Shown in pieces: positions 56,344 to 64,000 of a stretch of DNA of 64,000 nt. Below the pieces are notes generated by a model that was given only the letters and a program-made list of their open reading frames with translations, did not search any database and was not told the origin of the DNA. The stretch's first letter is position 1. Each line of letters opens with the position of its first letter. Made by a program: the position numbers and the translations under genes. Source of the stretch: Escherichia coli (GTDB lineage: Bacteria > Pseudomonadota > Gammaproteobacteria > Enterobacterales > Enterobacteriaceae); NCBI RefSeq assembly GCF_044324785.1, contig NZ_CP172127.1. One strand, given 5' to 3'.

Positions 56344-57840
56344 ATGCAGGGCACAAAAATTCGACTTTTAGCGGGCGGTTTGCTGATGATGGCCACTGCT
56401 GGCTATGTGCAGGCAGATGCGCTCCAGCCTGATCCAGCATGGCAACAGGGGACGCTTTCCAACGGTTTACAGTGGCAAGTGCTGACCACGCCCCAGCGTC
56501 CCAGCGATCGTGTTGAAATTCGCCTGCTGGTTAATACCGGTTCGCTCGCCGAAAGTACACAACAGAGCGGTTACAGCCACGCCATCCCTCGTATTGCGTT
56601 AACGCAAAGCGGTGGCCTTGAAGCAGCACAGGCGCGTTCATTGTGGCAGCAGGGGATCGACCCTAAACGCCCGATGCCGCCGGTAATTGTCTCTTATGAC
56701 ACCACGCTGTTTAATCTGAGTTTGCCCAATAACCGTAACGACTTGCTGAAAGAAGCGCTCTCTTATCTGGCAAATGCCACTGGCAAACTGACTATCACGC
56801 CAGAAACCATCAACCACGCGCTGCAAAGTCAGGACATGGTGGCAACCTGGCCTGCCGATACTAAAGAGGGCTGGTGGCGCTATCGTCTGAAAGGATCAAC
56901 CTTGTTAGGTCACGATCCTGCCGATCCGCTGAAACAACCCGTTGAAGCGGAAAAGATTAAAGATTTCTATCAGAAATGGTACACCCCGGATGCAATGACG
57001 CTGCTGGTGGTGGGAAACGTGGATGCGCGCTCGGTCGTCGACCAAATCAACAAAACGTTTGGCGAACTGAAAGGCAAACGTGAAACACCGGCTCCGGTGC
57101 CGACGCTTTCTCCGCTGCGTGCGGAAGCGGTGAGTATTATGACTGACGCGGTGCGTCAGGACCGGTTATCAATCATGTGGGATACGCCGTGGCAGCCGAT
57201 TCGTGAATCAGCCGCACTGCTGCGCTACTGGCGTGCGGACCTGGCCCGTGAGGCGCTGTTCTGGCATGTTCAGCAAGCGTTAAGCGCCAGTAACAGCAAA
57301 GATATCGGTCTTGGATTTGACTGTCGTGTGCTGTATCTGCGTGCGCAGTGTGCCATTAACATCGAATCACCAAACGACAAGCTGAACAGCAACCTTAATC
57401 TGGTGGCGCGTGAACTGGCGAAGGTTCGCGATAAAGGTCTGCCGGAAGAAGAGTTCAATGCGTTAGTGGCGCAAAAGAAACTGGAGCTGCAGAAACTGTT
57501 TGCCGCCTATGCGCGAGCTGATACCGATATTCTGATGGGTCAGCGGATGCGTTCGTTGCAAAATCAGGTCGTTGATATCGCGCCGGAGCAATATCAGAAA
57601 CTGCGCCAGGACTTCCTTAACAGCCTGACGGTGGAGATGTTAAATCAGGATCTGCGTCAGCAGTTGTCGAACGATATGGCGTTAATACTGCTGCAGCCGA
57701 AAGGCGAGCCGGAATTTAACATGAAAGCGTTGCAGGCGGCCTGGGATCAAATCATGACCCCATCTACTGCCGCTGCGACCACCTCTGTCGCCACGGATGA
57801 CGTTCATCCTGAAGTGACGGATATTCCACCCGCACAGTAA
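56344..57840 (+). CDS. yhjJ: M16-family peptidase-like protein YhjJ
   Basis: 498-aa ORF with signal peptide MQGTKIRLLAGGLLMMATAGYVQA. Confidence 0.9.
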   Translation: MQGTKIRLLAGGLLMMATAGYVQADALQPDPAWQQGTLSNGLQWQVLTTPQRPSDRVEIRLLVNTGSLAESTQQSGYSHAIPRIALTQSGGLEAAQARSLWQQGIDPKRPMPPVIVSYDTTLFNLSLPNNRNDLLKEALSYLANATGKLTITPETINHALQSQDMVATWPADTKEGWWRYRLKGSTLLGHDPADPLKQPVEAEKIKDFYQKWYTPDAMTLLVVGNVDARSVVDQINKTFGELKGKRETPAPVPTLSPLRAEAVSIMTDAVRQDRLSIMWDTPWQPIRESAALLRYWRADLAREALFWHVQQALSASNSKDIGLGFDCRVLYLRAQCAINIESPNDKLNSNLNLVARELAKVRDKGLPEEEFNALVAQKKLELQKLFAAYARADTDILMGQRMRSLQNQVVDIAPEQYQKLRQDFLNSLTVEMLNQDLRQQLSNDMALILLQPKGEPEFNMKALQAAWDQIMTPSTAAATTSVATDDVHPEVTDIPPAQ

Positions 57841-58043
57841 TAAATAACCCGGTAGCGTTTCTTCTGCGCTGCCGGGATTAACGGTAATAAATTAGTTACC
57901 GTGATATAACCGCAGATATTTTTCCGGGCACGGCGGTAGCGCGCAGATAACCATTCATTATTAAAATAAACTTACCGTAGAGTGGGTTTAATTATTTATT
58001 AGCTGAATAAATTATACCGGTGCCTCCTGGAAGGAGTGAGTTT

Positions 58044-58469
58044 ATGCTTGTGTTAAAATCACAATCGATTGGATTCAGGATTTCCACAACTTATTTATCT
58101 TTAACATATACAGAGTCTGATGGCGTCAACATTAAAGTAGATGCTCTGGAGTTAATATCAAAAGAGAAAGATTATGTTCAAATTGAACTGGTCTTCACTA
58201 CAGTTGCTGAAGTTAAGTGTGCTACCGTCAATTTTTATGAAGCCAACTATAACAATATTGTTATTAAGAAGGTTGATGGTGAAAATCTGGACTCCGGTAT
58301 ATATCAAGTAATGAATTCTGTACCGCTTGAAGAAAAAGAGAAATTATATGACCCTAAAAAACGGTTGAAGTTAAAACATTATATTATAGCAGGTTATGAT
58401 AGTTATGTTGAGATTTTAGCTACTGGTTTTAGCTGTATACGATGCCAGGCAATAGATGGTGTTAAATAA
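58044..58469 (+). CDS. hypothetical protein (island ORF A, 141 aa)
   Basis: ATG at 58044 with GGAAGGAG 6 nt upstream; six-frame ORF starts 24 nt earlier at GTG inside the RBS; no recognised family. Confidence 0.6.
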   Translation: MLVLKSQSIGFRISTTYLSLTYTESDGVNIKVDALELISKEKDYVQIELVFTTVAEVKCATVNFYEANYNNIVIKKVDGENLDSGIYQVMNSVPLEEKEKLYDPKKRLKLKHYIIAGYDSYVEILATGFSCIRCQAIDGVK

Positions 58470-58723
58470 TGGCCTATCATATAGAAATATTGAAAATTGA
58501 AGAAACTGATAAAGTAGTAAAATATGAATTTGGACCTACATCTTCTGACTATTGTAGATCTGATTACGGCGAGTTCGTGATAGATAAAAGAACGGGTGAG
58601 ATGACATTAGTCAGAATGGTTAAAAACGATTCGGCTAATAAATTTTATTTGCGAGCGAGTTTTAAGATTCTGACCTGTTGGCGAAAGGGCTATTTGCCAA
58701 AAAATGGGGAATGGGCTTCTTAA
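58469..58723 (+). CDS. hypothetical protein (island ORF B, 84 aa)
   Basis: ATG overlaps the ORF A stop (TAATG), indicating translational coupling; no recognised family. Confidence 0.55.
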   Translation: MAYHIEILKIEETDKVVKYEFGPTSSDYCRSDYGEFVIDKRTGEMTLVRMVKNDSANKFYLRASFKILTCWRKGYLPKNGEWAS

Positions 58724-58772
58724 TAAGTAACTTTGCAGAATAAGTGAATTTTCCCATTTTTGGGGGCAGTCG

Positions 58773-59039
58773 TTGATTCTTACACAGTTTATGTTATGGG
58801 TGCAGAAAAATACTGGGCATAATATTAGATGCAATACCAATACATTATCAACTAGCATAGTTATTGATTTTGATAATGATATCTATATTGCCAGGTTTAC
58901 AGTTTGGGATGATTTAAGTTGTATGTCAGAAGTTATATGCGTTGAAACGGGGGATTATAAATTAAATCAGCGAAATGAATTCCATACTTATGATTCGCTA
59001 AGGAAGATTTTTGATAATTTCATGGGAATTATACAATAA
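58773..59039 (+). CDS. hypothetical protein (island ORF C, 82-88 aa)
   Basis: ORF opens at TTG 58773; first ATG at 58791; no clear RBS; may be degraded. Confidence 0.4.
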   Translation: MILTQFMLWVQKNTGHNIRCNTNTLSTSIVIDFDNDIYIARFTVWDDLSCMSEVICVETGDYKLNQRNEFHTYDSLRKIFDNFMGIIQ

Positions 59040-59064
59040 ATTGCGCTAATAAAATAAAAACATT

Positions 59065-59556
59065 ATGTTTAAATTGATAGCAATCAAAGAAACTCCTTTG
59101 GGAGTAAAAGATGACGAAGATCTCTCGGTATCAGAAGCCATATACTCAACCTATACTGATTATACAAACGATATCCTTATGGTGTTTGATAAAGTCGTTT
59201 TATGTTTAGATAGAAAAGGAGATATTAGCGATATCTATAATGATATCGTCAATATATTTGAGCAGATAGAACTGGGTACTAAACAGTTTTTTATGTGTTT
59301 TTTATCCAGTACATTCACTACACGTTGGGAATTTGAGCATAAAAGCCCAGATACTATCAATATAACCGCTTATTGGTTTGACGTAAGATATCTTTATGGT
59401 ATCAACTCGATTATTAAAACTTCCACAATTGAAATCCCAGTATCTGAATTTAAAATGCAATGGGGAAATATTATAAAACCAATAAAAAAAGATATTCTTT
59501 CGTTAGGTTATGATGAAACGTTAGTAAATTTTTCTTTTTTTAACAATTTTAATTGA
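59065..59556 (+). CDS. hypothetical protein (island ORF D, 163 aa)
   Basis: ATG at 59065, weak or absent RBS; acidic, no recognised motifs. Confidence 0.45.
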   Translation: MFKLIAIKETPLGVKDDEDLSVSEAIYSTYTDYTNDILMVFDKVVLCLDRKGDISDIYNDIVNIFEQIELGTKQFFMCFLSSTFTTRWEFEHKSPDTINITAYWFDVRYLYGINSIIKTSTIEIPVSEFKMQWGNIIKPIKKDILSLGYDETLVNFSFFNNFN

Positions 59557-59629
59557 TGAGTTATTAGTCTGGTTTATCTAAAAATGTAGGTGGTTTTTTT
59601 GCGACATCAACGGATTTAAAGGAGTATAA

Positions 59630-60214
59630 ATGCGTAACAAAAAACGCATACTATTCTTGCTAACAGTCATTCTTTGCTTAACCGGTCTTTATTCCTGCAA
59701 CAAAATTTTTCTCTTACTCTGGGATGCCAATAATATTTATGTCAGTACAAAAAATAATATCGATAAAGACAAGGTAAAAATAGAATTCGGTATCAGCGTC
59801 AACACGATCAACCGAGAAACGGATGCCGAATTATTTGCTGACAGAGATAAGTATGCAGTGCTCTTCGATGGTAGCCTGAAAAATAAGATGATAAACGAAT
59901 ACGGAGAAAATGATTTTTTAATTACCTACGATAACCGCTGCTATTTATCATTTCGTCAATTTAAAACCAATCGTCGTCATCAACATGACTATTATTTTGA
60001 CTTCTTTAACAACAATGGGAATGTCTTCGTCACGGTCGAAATTAAAGGTGAGAACCCGCTTAAATTTACGCGTAGTTTGAATGATATGCGTCAGCAGTTT
60101 ATTTCAAATCATCAGCACCGCTCGGTTCGTCCCTGCAAGATGATTAACGGAGAACGAATATCTACCCGTTCTCCGTCAAAAACCATTATTCCGGCATCGC
60201 CTCACGCGGGATAA
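59630..60214 (+). CDS. hypothetical exported or lipoprotein-like protein (island ORF E, 194 aa), C-terminus possibly truncated or chimeric
   Basis: AAGGAG 7 nt upstream; N-terminus MRNKKRILFLLTVILCLTGLYSC resembles a signal/lipoprotein peptide; 3' end runs into GC-normal DNA and overlaps the kdgK 3' end by 29 nt. Confidence 0.55.
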   Translation: MRNKKRILFLLTVILCLTGLYSCNKIFLLLWDANNIYVSTKNNIDKDKVKIEFGISVNTINRETDAELFADRDKYAVLFDGSLKNKMINEYGENDFLITYDNRCYLSFRQFKTNRRHQHDYYFDFFNNNGNVFVTVEIKGENPLKFTRSLNDMRQQFISNHQHRSVRPCKMINGERISTRSPSKTIIPASPHAG

Positions 60215-61115
60215 TCGCGCCGCGATACTGAATAACGGTACTTGCGGTCAGGTGCCCGCGTTTCGCCGCGTTTTCCGCACTGCCGCCCGTCAAACGTACC
60301 GCCAGATAACCGGCACTGAAAGAGTCGCCAGCTGCGGTGGTATCGATCACTTTTTCTTTCGGCAGTTTCACCGCCGGAACATCCACTAACCCTTCGCCAG
60401 CAATGGACACCAGGCAAGAATCCGCCCCGCGTTTCACCACCACTTCTTTCACGCCCGCGTTATGGGTGCGCGCAATGACGTCTTCCACCGGCTGTTGACC
60501 CCACAGCGCGTCTTCGTCGTCCAGCGTCAGGAAGGCGATATCCGTGCATTCCAGCATTTGCTGGTACACCTGCTGTGTCTCTTCTTTGCTGGCCCACAGG
60601 CGCGGACGATAGTTATTGTCGAAAATCACTTTTCCGCCGTTGGCGCGGCATTCGCGCAGCAGAGAAAGCAGCTTTTCGCGGCTGGTCGGGCTTAAGATCG
60701 CCAGGCTAATCCCGCTCAGGTAGAGATAATCGAAATTCGCCAGCTCTTCGCAAATCGCCGCAGATTGCTCGCTCTCCAGCCAGAATTTGGCGGCGGCTTC
60801 GTTACGCCAGTAGTAGAACGTACGTTCGCCGGTGCTGTCGGTTTCAATGTAGTAAAGGCCCGGCAGACGGTTTTCCATCCGTTGGGTCAGGGAAGTATCA
60901 ACGTTCTCGCCGTGCCAGGCGTCCAGCATTTGCTGGCTAAAACTGTCCGTTCCCAGCGCCGTTACGTAATGAACGGTTAATGCCGCAGGATCGACCTGAC
61001 GGGCGATATAGACGGAAGTGTTCAGGGTATCGCCGCCGAAACCGCGCTTAACGTCCGCGCCTTTCTCGGAAAGCTCAATCATGCATTCGCCAATCACGGC
61101 AATCTTTTTGGACAT
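60186..61115 (-). CDS. kdgK: 2-dehydro-3-deoxygluconokinase
   Basis: 309 aa from MSKKIAVIGECMIELSEKG...; pfkB-family kinase; six-frame ORF is N-terminally extended without support. Confidence 0.93.
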   Translation of the reverse strand: MSKKIAVIGECMIELSEKGADVKRGFGGDTLNTSVYIARQVDPAALTVHYVTALGTDSFSQQMLDAWHGENVDTSLTQRMENRLPGLYYIETDSTGERTFYYWRNEAAAKFWLESEQSAAICEELANFDYLYLSGISLAILSPTSREKLLSLLRECRANGGKVIFDNNYRPRLWASKEETQQVYQQMLECTDIAFLTLDDEDALWGQQPVEDVIARTHNAGVKEVVVKRGADSCLVSIAGEGLVDVPAVKLPKEKVIDTTAAGDSFSAGYLAVRLTGGSAENAAKRGHLTASTVIQYRGAIIPREAMPE

Positions 61116-61346
61116 AGTCGTGAACCTGATCTGTAAAAAATTAGCGTTAGTTTGCGCTGTGGTGGTTTGCTGGTCAACCATATTAAAACAGTGTTCCATT
61201 ATTTTTTTGAGCCAGCACGTATTCCTGAAAGATTCCGTTGTGGAGTGGGGAAATTTACTCCGGTCAGGCGGTAAAGTTCTGCCCTTGCGCGCCGATAATC
61301 TTTGTCGAGTCCGGGCAGCATCACTTTTAAACACAGGACATCTTTG

Positions 61347-62114
61347 ATGATAAGGCAGGTTATCCAGCGAATAAGCAACCCTGAAGCAAGCATTGAGAGC
61401 TTGCAGGAACGGCGTTTTTGGTTGCAGTGTGAGCGTGCTTACACCTGGCAGCCGATCTATCAAACATGCGGGCGGTTAATGGCCGTGGAGCTATTAACGG
61501 TGGTCACGCATCCCTTGAACCCTTCGCAACGCCTGTCGCCGGATCGCTATTTTACTGAAATCACCGTCAGCCATCGGATGGAGGTTGTGAAAGAGCAGAT
61601 TGATTTGCTGGCGCAAAAAGCCGACTTCTTTATAGAGCACGGCCTGCTGGCATCGGTCAATATTGACGGCCCTACGCTCATCGCCCTGCGTCAGCAACCA
61701 AAAATCCTGCGCCAGATTGAGCGTCTTCCCTGGCTGCGTTTCGAACTGGTGGAGCATATCCGTCTGCCGAAAGATTCAACCTTTGCCTCGATGTGTGAAT
61801 TTGGCCCGCTGTGGCTGGATGATTTTGGCACCGGGATGGCAAATTTCTCTGCGCTAAGTGAAGTGCGTTATGACTACATCAAAATCGCGCGAGAGCTGTT
61901 TGTGATGCTGCGTCAGTCGCCGGAAGGACGCACGCTCTTTTCTCAGCTTTTACATCTCATGAATCGCTATTGTCGCGGGGTGATTGTCGAGGGCGTAGAA
62001 ACGCCGGAAGAGTGGCGTGATGTTCAGAACTCGCCCGCATTCGCCGCACAAGGCTGGTTTCTTTCACGCCCGGCACCGATAGAAACGCTGAATACGGCGG
62101 TTTTGGCGCTATAA
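61347..62114 (+). CDS. pdeH: c-di-GMP phosphodiesterase PdeH (EAL domain)
   Basis: 255 aa from MIRQVIQRISNPEASIESLQERRFWLQ... Confidence 0.93.
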   Translation: MIRQVIQRISNPEASIESLQERRFWLQCERAYTWQPIYQTCGRLMAVELLTVVTHPLNPSQRLSPDRYFTEITVSHRMEVVKEQIDLLAQKADFFIEHGLLASVNIDGPTLIALRQQPKILRQIERLPWLRFELVEHIRLPKDSTFASMCEFGPLWLDDFGTGMANFSALSEVRYDYIKIARELFVMLRQSPEGRTLFSQLLHLMNRYCRGVIVEGVETPEEWRDVQNSPAFAAQGWFLSRPAPIETLNTAVLAL

Positions 62115-62168
62115 GCTGCCTCATTTTCCGCCTGGCTGGACTATCTTTAGGACTGGCACAGGAAGAAT

Positions 62169-64000
62169 ATGAGGAAGCGAACGATGAGCAAGGCAGGCAA
62201 AATAACCGCTGCGATTTCAGGGGCTTTCTTGTTGTTGATTGTCGTGGCGATCATTTTGATTGCAACTTTTGACTGGAATCGACTCAAACCGACCATCAAC
62301 CAGAAAGTCTCTGCGGAGTTGAATCGTCCGTTCGCTATCCGTGGCGATCTGGGCGTGGTGTGGGAGCGACAAAAACAAGAAACTGGCTGGCGCAGCTGGG
62401 TGCCGTGGCCCCATATACACGCGGAAGACATCATTCTCGGCAACCCACCAGATATTCCCGAAGTCACAATGGTGCATTTGCCACGCGTAGAGGCAACGCT
62501 GGCACCGTTGGCGCTGCTGACCAAAACGGTCTGGCTACCGTGGATCGAACTGGAGAAGCCCGACGCACGCCTGATTCGCCTCTCTGAAAAGAACAATAAC
62601 TGGACCTTTAATCTCGCCAACGATGACAACAAAGACACGAATGCAAAGCCGTCGGCATGGTCGTTTCGGCTGGATAATATTCTGTTCGATCAAGGGCGGA
62701 TCGCCATTGATGACAAAGTAAGCAAAGCGGATCTGGAAATTTTTGTTGATCCGTTAGGCAAGCCGCTGCCGTTCAGCGAAGTTACTGGATCGAAAGGTAA
62801 AGCGGATAAAGAAAAGGTGGGCGATTACGTTTTTGGCCTGAAGGCGCAGGGACGTTATAACGGTGAACCGCTCACGGGTACGGGAAAAATAGGCGGTATG
62901 CTGGCGCTGCGTGGCGAAGGGACGCCGTTTCCGGTACAGGCTGATTTTCGCTCTGGTAACACCCGTGTTGCTTTTGATGGCGTTGTGAATGACCCAATGA
63001 AGATGGGTGGTGTCGATTTACGGCTTAAATTTTCTGGCGATTCGCTGGGTGATCTCTATGAACTGACGGGCGTTCTGCTGCCCGATACCCCGCCGTTTGA
63101 AACGGATGGTCGGCTGGTAGCGAAAATCGACACTGAAAAATCGTCGGTCTTTGATTATCGCGGTTTTAATGGGCGCATTGGCGATAGCGATATCCACGGT
63201 TCTCTGGTCTACACCACCGGCAAGCCACGACCAAAACTGGAAGGTGATGTTGAGTCGCGGCAATTGCGGCTGGCAGATTTAGGGCCGTTAATTGGCGTTG
63301 ATTCCGGGAAAGGAGCTGAAAAGTCGAAACGGTCTGAACAGAAGAAGGGTGAAAAAAGCGTTCAGCCTGCGGGCAAAGTGCTGCCTTATGACCGCTTCGA
63401 AACCGATAAATGGGACGTCATGGATGCCGATGTTCGCTTCAAAGGGCGGCGCATTGAGCATGGTAGTAGCCTGCCGATTAGCGATCTTTCAACTCATATC
63501 ATCCTCAAAAATGCTGACCTGCGCCTGCAACCGCTGAAATTTGGCATGGCGGGCGGCAGCATTGCGGCGAATATTCATCTGGAAGGTGATAAAAAACCGA
63601 TGCAAGGGCGGGCAGATATTCAGGCTCGTCGGCTGAAACTGAAAGAACTGATGCCCGATGTAGAACTGATGCAGAAGACGCTGGGGGAAATGAACGGTGA
63701 CGCGGAACTACGCGGTAGCGGTAACTCGGTGGCGGCGCTTTTAGGCAACAGTAACGGCAACCTGAAACTGTTGATGAATGACGGGCTGGTGAGCCGCAAC
63801 CTGATGGAGATTGTCGGGCTGAATGTCGGCAACTACATTGTCGGTGCGATATTTGGTGACGATGAGGTGCGGGTGAACTGCGCGGCGGCGAATCTGGATA
63901 TTGCCAACGGTGTGGCGCGTCCGCAGATTTTTGCTTTTGATACTGAGAATGCGTTGATCAATGTTACCGGCACGGCAAGTTTTGCTTCGGAGCAACTGGA
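62169..64000 (+). CDS. yhjG: AsmA-family protein YhjG, N-terminal ~610 codons (continues beyond window end)
   Basis: Open frame from ATG 62169 (MRKRTMSKAGKITAAISGAFLLLIVVAIILIA...) with no stop to the window end; not in the ORF track because it is unterminated. Confidence 0.85.
   Translation, partial: MRKRTMSKAGKITAAISGAFLLLIVVAIILIATFDWNRLKPTINQKVSAELNRPFAIRGDLGVVWERQKQETGWRSWVPWPHIHAEDIILGNPPDIPEVTMVHLPRVEATLAPLALLTKTVWLPWIELEKPDARLIRLSEKNNNWTFNLANDDNKDTNAKPSAWSFRLDNILFDQGRIAIDDKVSKADLEIFVDPLGKPLPFSEVTGSKGKADKEKVGDYVFGLKAQGRYNGEPLTGTGKIGGMLALRGEGTPFPVQADFRSGNTRVAFDGVVNDPMKMGGVDLRLKFSGDSLGDLYELTGVLLPDTPPFETDGRLVAKIDTEKSSVFDYRGFNGRIGDSDIHGSLVYTTGKPRPKLEGDVESRQLRLADLGPLIGVDSGKGAEKSKRSEQKKGEKSVQPAGKVLPYDRFETDKWDVMDADVRFKGRRIEHGSSLPISDLSTHIILKNADLRLQPLKFGMAGGSIAANIHLEGDKKPMQGRADIQARRLKLKELMPDVELMQKTLGEMNGDAELRGSGNSVAALLGNSNGNLKLLMNDGLVSRNLMEIVGLNVGNYIVGAIFGDDEVRVNCAAANLDIANGVARPQIFAFDTENALINVTGTASFASEQL

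Larger units (their letters stand above)
57950..60100 (+). other. AT-rich, probably horizontally acquired block with five small same-strand ORFs of unknown function between core genes yhjJ and kdgK (bounds approximate)
   Basis: Base composition visibly shifts to A+T-rich relative to flanks; no counterpart in my recollection of the K-12 yhjJ-kdgK neighbourhood. Confidence 0.7.

Noticed and set aside
58607-58858. 83-aa minus-strand ORF inside the island
   Set aside because: Overlaps ORF B and ORF C on the opposite strand with no RBS; AT-rich DNA gives chance ORFs readily; the plus-strand set is more coherent.
57950-60100. Prophage or IS element as explanation for the AT-rich block
   Set aside because: No integrase, transposase, terminal inverted repeats or phage structural genes are recognisable; only a weak 9-bp direct repeat flanks it, so it is reported as an unclassified acquired block rather than a mobile element.
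60186-61463. N-terminally extended 425-aa version of kdgK
   Set aside because: The upstream 116 codons overlap the divergent pdeH promoter region and its start; the kinase begins at MSKKIAVIGE.

Overview
This window reads as a contiguous Escherichia coli chromosomal segment, in reverse orientation relative to the usual K-12 map, identified from the translated ORFs and from gene order recalled from memory (no database search was run). Gene order: malS (5' part), bax, xylR-xylHGF / xylAB, yiaB, yiaA, wecH, ysaB, glyQS, mokA/hokA, a small Cys-rich ORF, cspA, yiaG, yiaF, ghrB, yiaD, bisC, yiaC, tag, yhjY, yhjX, eptB, tRNA-Pro (proK), dppABCDF, yhjV, two tandem ldr/rdl units, bcsGFE / bcsRQABZC, pdeK, dctA, yhjJ, an AT-rich five-ORF block, kdgK, pdeH, and the start of yhjG. 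Almost all of it is ordinary core genome. The one stretch that looks acquired and functionally unexplained is a block of about 2.1 kb (roughly 57.95-60.1 kb) between the convergent core genes yhjJ and kdgK: five small same-strand ORFs in conspicuously AT-rich DNA, none of which I can assign to a known family, with no integrase or transposase. This is the best candidate for an undescribed system, but its function cannot be decided from sequence alone. Secondary points of interest are a tandem duplication of the ldr/rdl type I toxin-antitoxin unit, an apparently intact bcsQ (so a complete cellulose synthesis operon), a hokA locus with no IS150 next to it plus an unrecognised Cys-rich ORF, and a partial tandem duplication of the proK 3' end with its terminator. 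No CRISPR array, rRNA or recognisable insertion sequence was seen.
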